From contig CAVPCT010000005.1 in assembly GCA_963702475.1 (NCBI GenBank), positions 832,001 to 896,000 of the forward strand: 64,000 nt of DNA, in the 5' to 3' direction. Of the stretch, positions 38,193-48,151 are shown one piece after another. A program made the position numbers and the translations under genes. Source of the stretch: an uncultured Thermoleophilia bacterium (GTDB taxonomy: Bacteria; Actinomycetota; Thermoleophilia; UBA2241). Positions within the stretch are counted from its first letter, which is position 1. Every line of letters starts with the position of its first letter. The notes under the pieces were generated by a model. The model was not told where the DNA came from. It ran no database searches and worked only from the letters and a program-made list of their open reading frames with translations.

Positions 38193-38497
38193 TCGTGCAC
38201 CGCGCCTTCGACCAGACGTCCGAGATCGCAGGTCGCCAGCCCCGAGGCCACCGCCGGGTCGGCCTCGACGAAGGCGCGCGCCTCAGCGCGGTCGGAGGCG
38301 CGGAACACGCCGAGCCCCCAGGCGCCCTCAGGTCCGAACACGGGACCGTACAGGACGGCCCTGCCGCGCTCGATGGCGCGGTTCCAGTAGGCCGTGTGGC
38401 GCGCCAGAACGACCCGCTCCTCGTCGTCCATGTCTTCCATGAAGGTCGGGCGCGGCGGGATCAGCTCGCACGCGTACAGGCCGTCGATGCCGCTCAT
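38189..38497 (-). CDS. YciI-family protein
   Basis: LIPPRPTF, H..YW, YGPVFGPEGAWGLGV, DPAV; GTGA overlap with the next gene. Confidence 0.82.
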   Translation of the reverse strand: MSGIDGLYACELIPPRPTFMEDMDDEERVVLARHTAYWNRAIERGRAVLYGPVFGPEGAWGLGVFRASDRAEARAFVEADPAVASGLATCDLGRLVEGAVHE

Positions 38498-38710
38498 GGG
38501 ATCACCGCCTCCATCTCGCGCGCCTTTGGGTCGTGTCCGTGGCACCGCGCGGCCGCACGACCGCGCTGGTCTCTTCTACCGCGCGGCGGTCGAGGCCAAT
38601 CACGCGCCGGGGGAGTCAGTACCGGGGCACGCGCCAAGGGCCGTGCCCGCGAGCGCCCGGCTCACGTCGGCTGGAGATGAGGAAGGGTCGGGGCCGCGCT
38701 CTCGCCGCCG

Positions 38711-39190
38711 TCAGCCGGTCGCCGCGGCCGGCGAGGACTGGTACGTGCTCTCCGCCAGCAGCTTGAGGTTCTCCAGGCCGCTCTCGAAGTCGCGCCGGAA
38801 CCGCTTCTCGATGAGCAGGCGGTCCGCCACCTTGCCGAGCACGCTGCCCGGCATGGTGTAGTCGAGCTCGGTGGTGGTGGTCGTGTCCGGGCCCGTGGGC
38901 TGGTGGTGACAGGTCAGCCAGCCTGACGTCGTGCCCTCGAACTCCCAGCGCCAGTGGGTGCTTCCATCGGGATCGTGCCGCTCCTCGATGGTCCTGTACG
39001 TCATGTGCAGGTGGACGCCCATCATCAGCTGCGTGATCTCCGCCTTGGTCCCGGGACCACCGTCACCGAACACCCGCTCGGTGTCGCTCATCCCGACCAT
39101 GAACTCGGGCCACCTGCGGAAGTCCTTGACGATGGCGTCCAGGTGCTCGACGGGCACGTGCATGAGGAGGCTGTGCGTGACGTGCGCCAT
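38711..39190 (-). CDS. SRPBCC (polyketide cyclase/START-like) protein
   Basis: AGGGAGG RBS; RWPEFMVG, YTMPGSVLGKVAD, LENLKLLAE. Confidence 0.85.
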   Translation of the reverse strand: MAHVTHSLLMHVPVEHLDAIVKDFRRWPEFMVGMSDTERVFGDGGPGTKAEITQLMMGVHLHMTYRTIEERHDPDGSTHWRWEFEGTTSGWLTCHHQPTGPDTTTTTELDYTMPGSVLGKVADRLLIEKRFRRDFESGLENLKLLAESTYQSSPAAATG

Positions 39191-39347
39191 GGGTACCTCC
39201 CTTCTCGGTCTCTGTTGCCGGTCGCGGCGACGCGGCCCCGAGCCTCCTGCCGTCACCTTACTCCCAGGCAAACGGCGGTGGTCACGCCGCGGCCGCGGGG
39301 AGCCGCGCCCGGCGGAGCGCAGACGCGCCGCCTTCGCTCATCGCGGC

Positions 39348-40169
39348 TCAGCCGCGCTCGACGAGAGCGGTGCGGAGGGCCTCGCGGGCCTGCTCTTCGA
39401 GGCCCAGACCCACGCCGACGTAGTCCTCGGCGCTCCCGAACTCCTCGCGCATCTGCGCGATGGCGGCACCCAGGTACTCGGGCCGCAGCACGACGAGCGG
39501 TGCCGGCCGCTCGGGATCGCCGCCCGGCACGCGGAAGCCATCCAGAGGGCGCCCTCCCTGGAACAGGTCCCGGTTGCTGGTGAGGAACTCCTCCGCGACA
39601 AGATCCTCCGGGACGCCGAGGAAGAGGAGCAGTGCCGCCGCCGCCCAGCCGGTACGGTCCTTGCCGACGGCGCAGTGCATCAGGCCGGGGCGGCCGTCCT
39701 CCTGCGCGAGGCCGGCGAAGAGCCTGCCGTAGGCGGCCCGCGCGCTGCGCATGTGGACCAGCGCGCGGTAGCCCCGCTCGAACACCGAGGAGCCCTTGGC
39801 TCCGCCCATGAGCGCAGCGACGGAGTCCGGCTCGTCCGACGACCGCACCCGCTCGGTCATCGGATCGACCGCTCCGGCGAACACGTCGACAGGCACGGAC
39901 GCCACCCCCGGCGGCAGCCTGTCGGGCCACTCGGCGCGCTCGGCCGCGGTGCGCAGGTCGTACACCGCGCGGACGCCGAGCGCCTCGAACTGCGGCCGAT
40001 CCTCCTCGGCAAGCCGCTCGAGCGCCGCGGACCGGTAGACGAGCCCTCTGCGCACCAGCCCGTCGTCCGCGGTCGGCCAGCCACCGATGTCGCGCAGGTT
40101 GAGCACACGGCCGAGCGCGATGCGCGACCCGGCGGCGGGCAGGCCCGCCCCGCCGTACGGCGCGCTCAC
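39348..40169 (-). CDS. Protein-tyrosine phosphatase (Y_phosphatase3/IphP-like)
   Basis: NLRDIGG, YRSA, DLRTAAE and catalytic HCAVGKDRTG. Confidence 0.92.
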   Translation of the reverse strand: MSAPYGGAGLPAAGSRIALGRVLNLRDIGGWPTADDGLVRRGLVYRSAALERLAEEDRPQFEALGVRAVYDLRTAAERAEWPDRLPPGVASVPVDVFAGAVDPMTERVRSSDEPDSVAALMGGAKGSSVFERGYRALVHMRSARAAYGRLFAGLAQEDGRPGLMHCAVGKDRTGWAAAALLLFLGVPEDLVAEEFLTSNRDLFQGGRPLDGFRVPGGDPERPAPLVVLRPEYLGAAIAQMREEFGSAEDYVGVGLGLEEQAREALRTALVERG

Positions 40170-40552
40170 GCGAGCTTGTCTCGCGCCCGCAGCATGAAGC
40201 CCTCGAAGAACAGGCGCTCCACGTCCACGCGCAGGCCCACCTCCGGCGACTCGTAGCGGTGCTTGTTACGCCAGACGAACTCCTCACTGTACCCGTGACG
40301 GCTGGTCGGCTCCGTGAAGCACACCTCACCCTCCTTCTGGTGCTCCTCGTGACGGATGCAGGCCCCCTCCACGAGCTCCAGCAGCAGTCGCTCGCCGTTG
40401 TCGGCGACCGTCCGCTTGAAGACGAACAGACGGTCGCTCAGCCACACGAAGCTGTGCACCCCGGACTCCGACTTGATGAGTACGGCGTTCACGTTGGGGT
40501 TGTCGAGGTCTCCGGCGAGACGCCACTCGGGCTTCTCGGTGTCCTTGGCCAT
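40166..40552 (-). CDS. Hypothetical protein
   Basis: GGAGGGAG RBS, high GC3, GTGA overlap with the phosphatase gene. Confidence 0.7.
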   Translation of the reverse strand: MAKDTEKPEWRLAGDLDNPNVNAVLIKSESGVHSFVWLSDRLFVFKRTVADNGERLLLELVEGACIRHEEHQKEGEVCFTEPTSRHGYSEEFVWRNKHRYESPEVGLRVDVERLFFEGFMLRARDKLA

Positions 40553-40679
40553 GTGCGTTCTCCCTCCGTTGCGTGGACCGGGCGGCGCATCATTCAATGC
40601 GCTACGCCCCGCCCTGAGCAACCTGGTCCGGCCGCGCCGGCGGACAGGCCGGCGCGGAAGCTCGACCGCGGCCGGCCTG

Positions 40680-41711
40680 TCACGGCGTGGGCGCCGCGTC
40701 GTAGTCGCCCGGCCTCGCCACCCCAGTGACGGGCTCGTCGAGAAGGTGGCGGCGCACGTTCGCGGCCGCGCGCCTCAGGCCGAAGTCGAACCAGTCGTCG
40801 ACGATGCCCGAGTTGTGCGGCGAGCCGAGCACGTTGGGGAGGTCGAGGAAGGGATACGCGAGGGCGAACGGCTCGCCGGCGCCGGGCTCGTCCCACCACA
40901 CGTCGAGCCCGGCGCAGAACGCCGGGTGCTCGCGCAGGTGGTGGTACAGCGCCGCCTCGTCGACGATCGCGCCGCGAGCGACGTTGACGAGGATCGCGTC
41001 GCCACGCATCCAGCCCAGCTCCCGGGCTCCGATGAGGCCACGGGTCGCGGCGGTGAGCGGCAGCGTGAGCACGACCACGTCCGCGTCGCGGAGCACGTGC
41101 TCGAGGTCGGCGAGCGTACCCGCGAAGTCGACGGGATCCGTGGTCTCGCCGCTCGTGTTCACGGCGTACACGCGCATGCCGAGCGCGCGGACCAGCGTGC
41201 CGACCGCTCGGCCGATGGCTCCGTAGCCCACGACGGCGCAGGTGCGGCCGCGCAGCTCGCGCGTGGGCAGGTCCTCGTTGAAGACACCCCGTCGCAGCTC
41301 CTCGTGCTCCACCGAGAGCCGCTTGGCGAGCGCGAGGATCATGGCGAGGACGTGCTCGGCCATGGGCTCCGCCCAGCCGCCGACGTTGCCGGCCACCCTG
41401 ACGCCGGCCGGGACGCGTGCGAACGGCACGTGGTCCAGGCCGGCCGAGAACAACTGCATGAACAGCTGTGGCGAGCCCGCCTCGCGGCGGCTCGCGAGCA
41501 CGTCCCAGTCGTCGTGCTCCAGCTCGCCGTCGACCTGCCAGGCGAGCAGGGCGTCTGCGCGCCGGAGCGCGTCCGCACGCCGCTCCGCCGCCAGCTGGTC
41601 GAGGTAGGCGAGCTCGGTGAGGTCGCCGAGGGCCTCGTCCAGCACCGCTCTGGACCCGTCTCCGGCCGCGAACGTCACCACGACGAGCCGGCGGTCACCG
41701 CCCTCCCTCAC
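40680..41711 (-). CDS. D-isomer-specific 2-hydroxyacid dehydrogenase
   Basis: SAGLDH, MAEH, VGYGAIG, LPLTAATRG, VNVARG, LDVW, SPHNSG. Confidence 0.92.
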   Translation of the reverse strand: MREGGDRRLVVVTFAAGDGSRAVLDEALGDLTELAYLDQLAAERRADALRRADALLAWQVDGELEHDDWDVLASRREAGSPQLFMQLFSAGLDHVPFARVPAGVRVAGNVGGWAEPMAEHVLAMILALAKRLSVEHEELRRGVFNEDLPTRELRGRTCAVVGYGAIGRAVGTLVRALGMRVYAVNTSGETTDPVDFAGTLADLEHVLRDADVVVLTLPLTAATRGLIGARELGWMRGDAILVNVARGAIVDEAALYHHLREHPAFCAGLDVWWDEPGAGEPFALAYPFLDLPNVLGSPHNSGIVDDWFDFGLRRAAANVRRHLLDEPVTGVARPGDYDAAPTP

Positions 41712-41725
41712 GGCAGCCTCCTCGC

Positions 41726-42649
41726 CTACTGCCGCTGCAGCCAGCGGGCCGCGGCCACGCCGGCCCGCGCCCCGTCGCCGGCGGCGATGATGGCCTGCTT
41801 GCCGAGCTGGTCGGTCACGTCGCCCGCGGCGAACACCCCCGGCGTGCTGGTCATGAGGGTGCGGTCCACCTCGATCTCGCCGGCCTCGTTGGTCCGCACG
41901 AGCCCACCGGTGAACTGCTGTGGCGATGTGGAGCCGATCTCGATGAACACGGCGTCCACGGGGACGGTCTCCTCGCCGGTCTTGTCTTGCACCACGACGC
42001 CGGACACCTGGTCCTCGCCGAGGATGCGGGTGACCTTCGCCCCGATGCGCTGGTGCACGTTGGGGCTCTCAGCGAGTTTGGACAGCACGGCTTGGTCCGC
42101 GCGCAGCGGCTTGTCGTTGACCAGCACGACGCGCGCGTCGAGGGCGGCCAGCTGCAGCGCCGCGCCGGCCGCGGTCTCGCCCGGCCCGACGACGGCGGCC
42201 GGGCGCCCCCGGAAGAACGCCGCGTCGCACGTGGCGCAGTAGCTGACGCCGCGCCCCAGAAGCTCCTTCTCCCCAGGAACTGCCAGCCGCGCGGGGGCGC
42301 GCCCCGTGGCGACGATGACGGCGCGGCCGGTGAGGGTGAGGCCCTCCTTCGTGTAGACCTCGAAGGCCCCGTCGCCGGGCACCAGCGCGTCGACCTCACG
42401 GCCCGGAAAGGTGTCGATGGCGAACGCCTCCACGTGCTCGCGGAAGCTCCGCGCCAGCTCCTCGCCGGCGACGAGCCCCCGGCCGAGGAAGTTGCCTACC
42501 TTGCCGGCCCAGCGGATCTGACCGCCGAGCTCGCCGGCGACGACGGCGGTGGACAGGCCGTGGCGGGCGGTGTAGACGGCGGCGGCGGAGCCTGCGGGCC
42601 CGCCGCCGATGACGACCACGTCGTAGCGGTCCTTGGGTGTCTCGGGCAT
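41726..42649 (-). CDS. trxB: Thioredoxin reductase-like flavoprotein
   Basis: GGGPAG FAD motif, ATG, GVSYCATCD redox disulfide, TSTPGVFAAGDV, AAGDG. Confidence 0.85.
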   Translation of the reverse strand: MPETPKDRYDVVVIGGGPAGSAAAVYTARHGLSTAVVAGELGGQIRWAGKVGNFLGRGLVAGEELARSFREHVEAFAIDTFPGREVDALVPGDGAFEVYTKEGLTLTGRAVIVATGRAPARLAVPGEKELLGRGVSYCATCDAAFFRGRPAAVVGPGETAAGAALQLAALDARVVLVNDKPLRADQAVLSKLAESPNVHQRIGAKVTRILGEDQVSGVVVQDKTGEETVPVDAVFIEIGSTSPQQFTGGLVRTNEAGEIEVDRTLMTSTPGVFAAGDVTDQLGKQAIIAAGDGARAGVAAARWLQRQ

Positions 42650-42741
42650 GCGTCACGCTCTCTCTGCGGATGGACTCGGCAGGTGCAACATGCCCGAAGG
42701 GGGCCGCGGCCTCACCCCGTCCGTCGCGGAGCGCGACCCGC

Positions 42742-43845
42742 CTACCGTGCCGCCGCCGCGAGCTGAGGCCGCAGGAGCGCCCCGACCTCGCGCGCCATGC
42801 GCGTCTGCCAGCGGGCGCGCGCGTCGGGCATCAGGTGGTAGAGGTCGACGAAGTCCTCGCCGCTGAGGGTCGGCGACCGGTCGACGCGGAGGTACGCGAC
42901 GCCGAGCTCCCGCGACATGCGCGCCACCTCGGCGCGGTACTGCGGCAGCACGCCGGCCCAGTCGCCGGCGACCGCCGTGTTCAAGGGCTGCTCGAAGACC
43001 ACCGGCTCGAACCCGCGCTCGCGCGCCAGGCGCACCAGCTCCCGGAGCAGCGTGAGGTTGTACTCGTGATTGGCGGCGTAGTGCGTGCGGTTGTAGCGGT
43101 ACACCGAGCCGAGACCGTCCTTCAGGGCATGCACCGACACGGCGGCCGCGTCGCGGCCGAAGTAGTGACGTGCCCAGCGCACCGGCTGCCCGGGCGAAGG
43201 TCCCGACGAGATCCGCTCCTGCACGTAGGCCGAGATGAAGTCGCAGGCGCCGGGCAGGCCGCCGGTCCACGACGCGTCGCGGCCGTAGAGCCGCGGCGCC
43301 AGCTCGCGCAGTCGCGGGCTGCGCAGCAGCAGGCCCCGCGAGGCGAGCAGCCCCTCGTCCGCCGCGGGCGCGGTGTTGAAGCGCATCGGGGCGAGGCCGA
43401 TGAGCAGGGTCGCCTCGCCCTCCGGCAGGTTGTCCACGATCACCAGGTTCTGGGCCAGCGACTGGGCGTGGCTGGCAAGGCCCACCACGGTCACCGGCCC
43501 GCCCGCATTGGCCCCGATCTGCCGTGCGAAGGAGCGGTCGCCCGCCACGGCCTCCATGGCCCCGGACCCACCGAACACGTACACGACCCGGCCGTCGGGC
43601 GGGTCCTCCTTGAGGCGGTTCACCCTGTAGGCGACGTGCAGGGAGTCGTCGTGCTCGATGCGCAGCAGGCGACTCTCGGCGACACGCGTCATCCCCCCGC
43701 CGAAGAAGAAGTGCTGCAGGCCGAGCACCACGAGCAGGCACGCCGCGGCTGCCGCGGCCAGCACCAGGGGGTTGCGCTGCAGGAAGCCGCGGCGGAACGA
43801 GCGCCGGCGGGAGAGGCAGGTTGTGTGGTCGTGTTCCGTGGGCAT
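42742..43845 (-). CDS. Membrane-anchored SGNH-like protein (DltD/AlgJ-like); start uncertain
   Basis: N-terminal hydrophobic anchor, VFGGSG (block I Ser), C-terminal FVDLYHL (DxxH). Confidence 0.6.
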   Translation of the reverse strand: MPTEHDHTTCLSRRRSFRRGFLQRNPLVLAAAAAACLLVVLGLQHFFFGGGMTRVAESRLLRIEHDDSLHVAYRVNRLKEDPPDGRVVYVFGGSGAMEAVAGDRSFARQIGANAGGPVTVVGLASHAQSLAQNLVIVDNLPEGEATLLIGLAPMRFNTAPAADEGLLASRGLLLRSPRLRELAPRLYGRDASWTGGLPGACDFISAYVQERISSGPSPGQPVRWARHYFGRDAAAVSVHALKDGLGSVYRYNRTHYAANHEYNLTLLRELVRLARERGFEPVVFEQPLNTAVAGDWAGVLPQYRAEVARMSRELGVAYLRVDRSPTLSGEDFVDLYHLMPDARARWQTRMAREVGALLRPQLAAAAR

Positions 43846-43986
43846 CTCACCCGGCGGCAGCCGCCGGCTCGGGGGATCGTGTGGCCCCCAGAATAGCAGG
43901 AGGCGCCGGATCGGCACACCGGCCGCCGGCTGACAGCGACGGTGGGCAGCCGCGTGGAGGCGCGGGACCCCGCTGCCGGAACGCGG

Positions 43987-44028
43987 CGGGCGCGGGGCGC
44001 AGGTCTGACGACCTGCGCCCCGCGCCCG
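43987..44028. terminator. 19-bp perfect hairpin downstream of the receiver gene
   Basis: CGGGCGCGGGGCGCAGGTC-TGAC-GACCTGCGCCCCGCGCCCG. Confidence 0.65.
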
Positions 44029-44044
44029 GGACCGTCTTACACGC

Positions 44045-44440
44045 TCAGAGCGGGCAGAGCGCCCCGACCTTGGCGAGCAGGATGTCGGGCTTGACCGGTT
44101 TGTCCACGAACTCCTGCACCGGCAGCCACGCCTCGTCGATGTCCTTGTTGGTGAACGTGCCCACGTAGATGCCGGCCTCGTTGACGGCCGTGAGCATGAG
44201 CAGCGGCAGGGCCTTGGTGCGCTCGTCGTCCTTGAGGGAGCGCGCCATCTTGAACCCCGCGCCCGTGTCCTCGGGGAGCATCACGTCGAGGATCACCAGG
44301 TCTGCGCCGAACGCGAGGACGTGCTCCACCACGTCCTTGTCGTCGTTCTGGGAGCCGACCTCGTACCCCGCGCTCTCGAGGATCATCTGCACCGATTCCA
44401 CGATACTCGGCTCGTCGTCGATGACGTAGACTCGCTTCAC
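44045..44440 (-). CDS. Single-domain response regulator (receiver only)
   Basis: GGAGG RBS; VIDDE, ILDVMLP, LTA, DKP. Confidence 0.92.
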   Translation of the reverse strand: MKRVYVIDDEPSIVESVQMILESAGYEVGSQNDDKDVVEHVLAFGADLVILDVMLPEDTGAGFKMARSLKDDERTKALPLLMLTAVNEAGIYVGTFTNKDIDEAWLPVQEFVDKPVKPDILLAKVGALCPL

Positions 44441-44520
44441 GACACTACCTCCATGTGTGTGTCGGGCCCGGGCTCTCCCGCCCGACAATGATAGCCGTGG
44501 TCATACCGAAAGAAGACGCT

Positions 44521-45597
44521 GTGGAACACGAACGGGACATCATCGCGCTGGTGGGTGCAGGCCCTCGCGGACGCTCGGCCCTCGAGGCGCTTGTGGACAT
44601 GCCGGGCGCAGAGGTGCGCTGCGTGTGGGACCCCGACCCGGCGGCCCCGGGCATGGCCCTGGCCCGCGAGCACGGCATCCGCACCCTGAGCGGCGACCTG
44701 GACGAGCTCGCGGCCGAGCCCGGCCTCGATCTCGTCCTCGAGACCACCGGCGACCCGGAGGTGCTCGCGGCCCTGCAGGCCGGCAGCCCTCCGCACGTCT
44801 CCGTGCTCGGTGATGCCGCGGCGCGGCTCGTCACGCAGCTGTGCGTCACCCAGTGCAGCACCATCGCCCGGCTCTCTGACATCGTCGAGACAGCCAACAT
44901 CGACAAGGCCTGCTACCTGCGGCAGGCCTCCCATCAGATCAAGTCGCCGCTCTCGTCCATCCAGAGCTACGTCAACGTGATCCTCGGCGGCTACACGGGT
45001 GAGATCCCCGACCGCACCCGGCAGGTCGTGGAGAAGATCCACGCCCGCATCGAGGCGGCGCTGGCCGCCCTCGCCAAGCGACGCATGCTGGCCGACCTGC
45101 GCTGCGTCGACCCCTCCGGGCTCGAGGCCGGCACGCTCCACCTGGACGAGCTGGCAGCCGAAGCCGTCGCCCGGCAGGCCGAGCTCGCGGCCGCCCGCGG
45201 CGTGAAGATCCGCCACGCATCCGCGCAGGGCACGGACCTGGTACGCGGCGAACCCACCATGCTCACGGCGCTTCTCACCGAGCTGGTCCAGAACGCCGTG
45301 GTGTACTCCACCGAGGGCGGGACGGTCGAGGTCGCCGTCGCCGCGCAGCCCGACGGCCGGGTGGCCGTGAGCGTGCGCGACCGCGGCATCGGCGTGCCGG
45401 AGCGCTGCCTGCCGAAGATCTTCGACGAGGATTACCGCGCCGACACCGCCGCCAAGCACAACCCCGACGGCGCGGGCCTCGGCCTTACCGTGGCCCGCGT
45501 CATCGCCGACCTCCACGGCTTCGATCTCGCCGCGGAGAGCGAGGAGGGGCAGGGCAGCACGTTCACGCTGACCGCCCCGCAGGCGCCGGCGGCGTGA
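44521..45597 (+). CDS. Soluble histidine kinase with N-terminal Rossmann-like (Gfo/Idh/MocA-type) domain
   Basis: IALVGAGPRG...VWDPDPAAPG...LVLETTG; H-box SHQIKSPL, N-box ELVQNAV, DRGIG, GAGLGL; no transmembrane segment. Confidence 0.88.
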   Translation: MEHERDIIALVGAGPRGRSALEALVDMPGAEVRCVWDPDPAAPGMALAREHGIRTLSGDLDELAAEPGLDLVLETTGDPEVLAALQAGSPPHVSVLGDAAARLVTQLCVTQCSTIARLSDIVETANIDKACYLRQASHQIKSPLSSIQSYVNVILGGYTGEIPDRTRQVVEKIHARIEAALAALAKRRMLADLRCVDPSGLEAGTLHLDELAAEAVARQAELAAARGVKIRHASAQGTDLVRGEPTMLTALLTELVQNAVVYSTEGGTVEVAVAAQPDGRVAVSVRDRGIGVPERCLPKIFDEDYRADTAAKHNPDGAGLGLTVARVIADLHGFDLAAESEEGQGSTFTLTAPQAPAA

Positions 45598-45620
45598 CGG
45601 CACAGGTCGGCGAGAAGCCT

Positions 45621-46076
45621 TCACAGCCGCGCCAGGTGCTCGATCGCCGCCGCGGCGTACTGCGGCACGCGCTCGGCCAGACACGCTGACAACGTCATCT
45701 CGCCCTCCAGGTCCTGCGGCTCGATGCCCATGACCGCCACGCGCGGGATCGGGTAGCCCGCTTCGCGGGCGACGTCCAGCACCTTGAGCACATCGCCCTC
45801 GTGCGTGGTCAGGCCGCCCAGCTGCTTCTGGGTCTCCACCTCGTCCGGCGAGAAGATGCGGTACTCGCCCGGGGCCAGGCCCAGGTACGCCGCGTCGACC
45901 ACCAGCAGTGCCTCCGTGTCGTCGTCCAGGTACGCGACCAGACTCATGGCGTCGGTGGAGAGGTCAACGGCCTCGAACCCATCATCGAGGCCGTTGACCA
46001 CCACGTGTTCCACCACACGAGGGCCGACGGCGTCGTCGCCCGCCATGTGGCTGCCTACACCTATCAGATAGCGCAA
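45621..46076 (-). CDS. Hydrogenase maturation protease
   Basis: IGVGSHMAGDDAVG, VVDAA, TTHE, GIEP. Confidence 0.92.
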   Translation of the reverse strand: MRYLIGVGSHMAGDDAVGPRVVEHVVVNGLDDGFEAVDLSTDAMSLVAYLDDDTEALLVVDAAYLGLAPGEYRIFSPDEVETQKQLGGLTTHEGDVLKVLDVAREAGYPIPRVAVMGIEPQDLEGEMTLSACLAERVPQYAAAAIEHLARL

Positions 46077-46085
46077 CTCGCTCGC

Positions 46086-47402
46086 TCAGCGCGTGAACTT
46101 GACGTCGAGGTAGTGCGTGGAGCAGGAGATGCACGGGTCGTACGACCGCACCAGCATCTCGAGCGCCAGCTCCATCTCCTTCTCGGTCTTGTCCTGGGCG
46201 ACGAGCTCCGGCACGAGCTTGTTGAAGTCGTACTGGATGTTGTTGTGGTTCTGGTTGGTCGGGATGATGCAGTTGCCGCTCAGGCACATACCGTCGTCAC
46301 CGTAGGCGTACTCGTGGAAGAGGATGCCGCGAGGGACCTCGGTGGCGCCGGCGCCGGAGCCGTACCTGGTGGGCTGGACCAACGGCTCGAGCTCCACGCC
46401 GGCCTCGACGAGCTGGTCGATGAGGTCGATAGACTCGTACACGTCGGAGGCGATCTCCACGGCCTGGGCCACGGTGTTGAAGTACGGGTTCGTGCAGATG
46501 GGCTGGATGCCCAGCGTCTGCGCGACCTTCTTGGCCTCCGGGTGGAGCCGGTCGTAGTTGTTGTTGAAGCGCGCCAGGGCGCCGGCCGCGTACGAGTCGA
46601 GCTTGTTCTTGGTGTACTTGGCCGTGGACAGCGGCACCACGAACTCGTTGGTCACCGACTTGTAGTCGGCCACCGGGTAGCGCTGCTTCGTGCCGTCGGG
46701 CAGGCACGACTGGATGTCGCCGTCGTACAGGCCGTAGTCCTTGTCGTTGGACAGGGCAAGGTACTCGGTGGGACGGTCGAACACCGGCACGTTGGGGGCC
46801 AGCGCCAGCACGGTGGCGACGGTGGCCTCCAGGTCGGGCACGGCGGCCACGAGCCGTTCCTTGAGCTGGAGGAGCTCCTTGTTGGTGGGCACGGCGGCCA
46901 TGCCGCCGGGCACCACGCTCATCGGGTGCGTGGTGCGGCCGCCGATGAGCGACCCCCACTCGTGCCCCAGCCTCTTGAGGCGCAGGGCCCGCGCCACGAT
47001 GTCGGTGTGCGTCGCCACGAGCGGGAACACCGACGGCGCGCCGACGAAGTCGGGCGCGGCCAGGAAGTTGATGTGCAGCACGTGCGAGTCGAAGTTCTCG
47101 GCGTGCTTGATCAGCTCGCGGAGCTTCCAGCTCTGCTCGCTGACCTCCATGCCCAGGGCGTTCTCCGTGGCCTTGACGGAGGCCAGGGTGTGGCCCACCG
47201 AGCAGATGCCGCAGATACGGCTGGTGATGCGCGCCACCTCGGAGTAGTGACGTCCGCGGACCATGGACTCGAAGAAGCGCGGGGCCTCCGGCACCTGCCA
47301 CTCGCACTTCTCGACCACGCCGTCGGTGACATTGACGACGATGTTGCCGTGACCCTCGACGCGGGTCACGTGGTCGACGCGGATACGGGCGGTGGTGGTC
47401 AT
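46086..47402 (-). CDS. hydA: [NiFe] hydrogenase large subunit, group 3b (sulfhydrogenase alpha)
   Basis: TRVEGHG, L1 RICGIC, EVPRG, L2 YDPCISCSTH followed by the cleavable tail YLDVKFTR. Confidence 0.95.
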   Translation of the reverse strand: MTTTARIRVDHVTRVEGHGNIVVNVTDGVVEKCEWQVPEAPRFFESMVRGRHYSEVARITSRICGICSVGHTLASVKATENALGMEVSEQSWKLRELIKHAENFDSHVLHINFLAAPDFVGAPSVFPLVATHTDIVARALRLKRLGHEWGSLIGGRTTHPMSVVPGGMAAVPTNKELLQLKERLVAAVPDLEATVATVLALAPNVPVFDRPTEYLALSNDKDYGLYDGDIQSCLPDGTKQRYPVADYKSVTNEFVVPLSTAKYTKNKLDSYAAGALARFNNNYDRLHPEAKKVAQTLGIQPICTNPYFNTVAQAVEIASDVYESIDLIDQLVEAGVELEPLVQPTRYGSGAGATEVPRGILFHEYAYGDDGMCLSGNCIIPTNQNHNNIQYDFNKLVPELVAQDKTEKEMELALEMLVRSYDPCISCSTHYLDVKFTR

Positions 47403-48151
47403 GAGACGGCCTCCAGATCAATGGCGGTGAACATGAGCGCCTTGTCCGCAGCCCTCTGCTCGGAGAACCCCGCCCGCTCCATGAGCACCTTCTGCAGCGC
47501 GGGCACGTTGGGCTTGTCGACGAAGCCGCGGCAGGCCTCGCAGGGGACGCCGTAGGCGGGGCACGGAGCCGTGCACCCGGCGCGGGCCACCATGCCCATG
47601 CAGTGGTCGTCCTCTTCGTAGCGGCACACCGTCTCGCGGCGCTTGCACTCCACGCAGACCGGATAGTTGGGGATCACCGGCTGCTTGCCGTGCAGCAGAT
47701 GGAAGACGATCTGCAGCACTTCGTACTTGTTGACGGGGCAGCCGTAGGCGCAGTAGTCGACCTTGATGGCGGCCGAGATGGGCTGCGCCTTCTGCGAGTC
47801 GAGCTGCGGCTGGTCGGCGTCGGCGCCGTACACGAACTGCTTGTAGTCGCTCTGGTGGTTCTTGAGGGCGTTGATGCCGGCGCCGGCCGCACACTGGCCG
47901 TAGGCGATGACGATAGCGGCGCGCTCGCGGATCTTCTCGAGCCGCGCGCGGTCGGCCTCACGCGTGAAGCTGCCCTCGATGAAGGCCACGTCGATGGGGT
48001 CGGTGGTCTTCTCCGACATCGCCTCGCGGAACTCGACGACGTCGACGTGCTTGATCAGCTCGAGGAACGCCGGCTCACCGTAGTTGGTGAACTCGATCTG
48101 GCAGCCCTCGCAGCAGGTGAAATCGAAGAATGCGACCTTCGGCTTGCTCAT
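47399..48151 (-). CDS. hydD: [NiFe] hydrogenase small subunit (sulfhydrogenase delta)
   Basis: FDFTCCEGC, IEGS, GQCA, GCP, CVEC...C...CMG...GCTAPCP...CEACRG. Confidence 0.93.
   Translation of the reverse strand: MSKPKVAFFDFTCCEGCQIEFTNYGEPAFLELIKHVDVVEFREAMSEKTTDPIDVAFIEGSFTREADRARLEKIRERAAIVIAYGQCAAGAGINALKNHQSDYKQFVYGADADQPQLDSQKAQPISAAIKVDYCAYGCPVNKYEVLQIVFHLLHGKQPVIPNYPVCVECKRRETVCRYEEDDHCMGMVARAGCTAPCPAYGVPCEACRGFVDKPNVPALQKVLMERAGFSEQRAADKALMFTAIDLEAVS

Noticed and set aside
46086-47402. Selenocysteine in the hydrogenase or Mo enzyme
   Set aside because: All ligand positions are Cys codons and there is no in-frame TGA.
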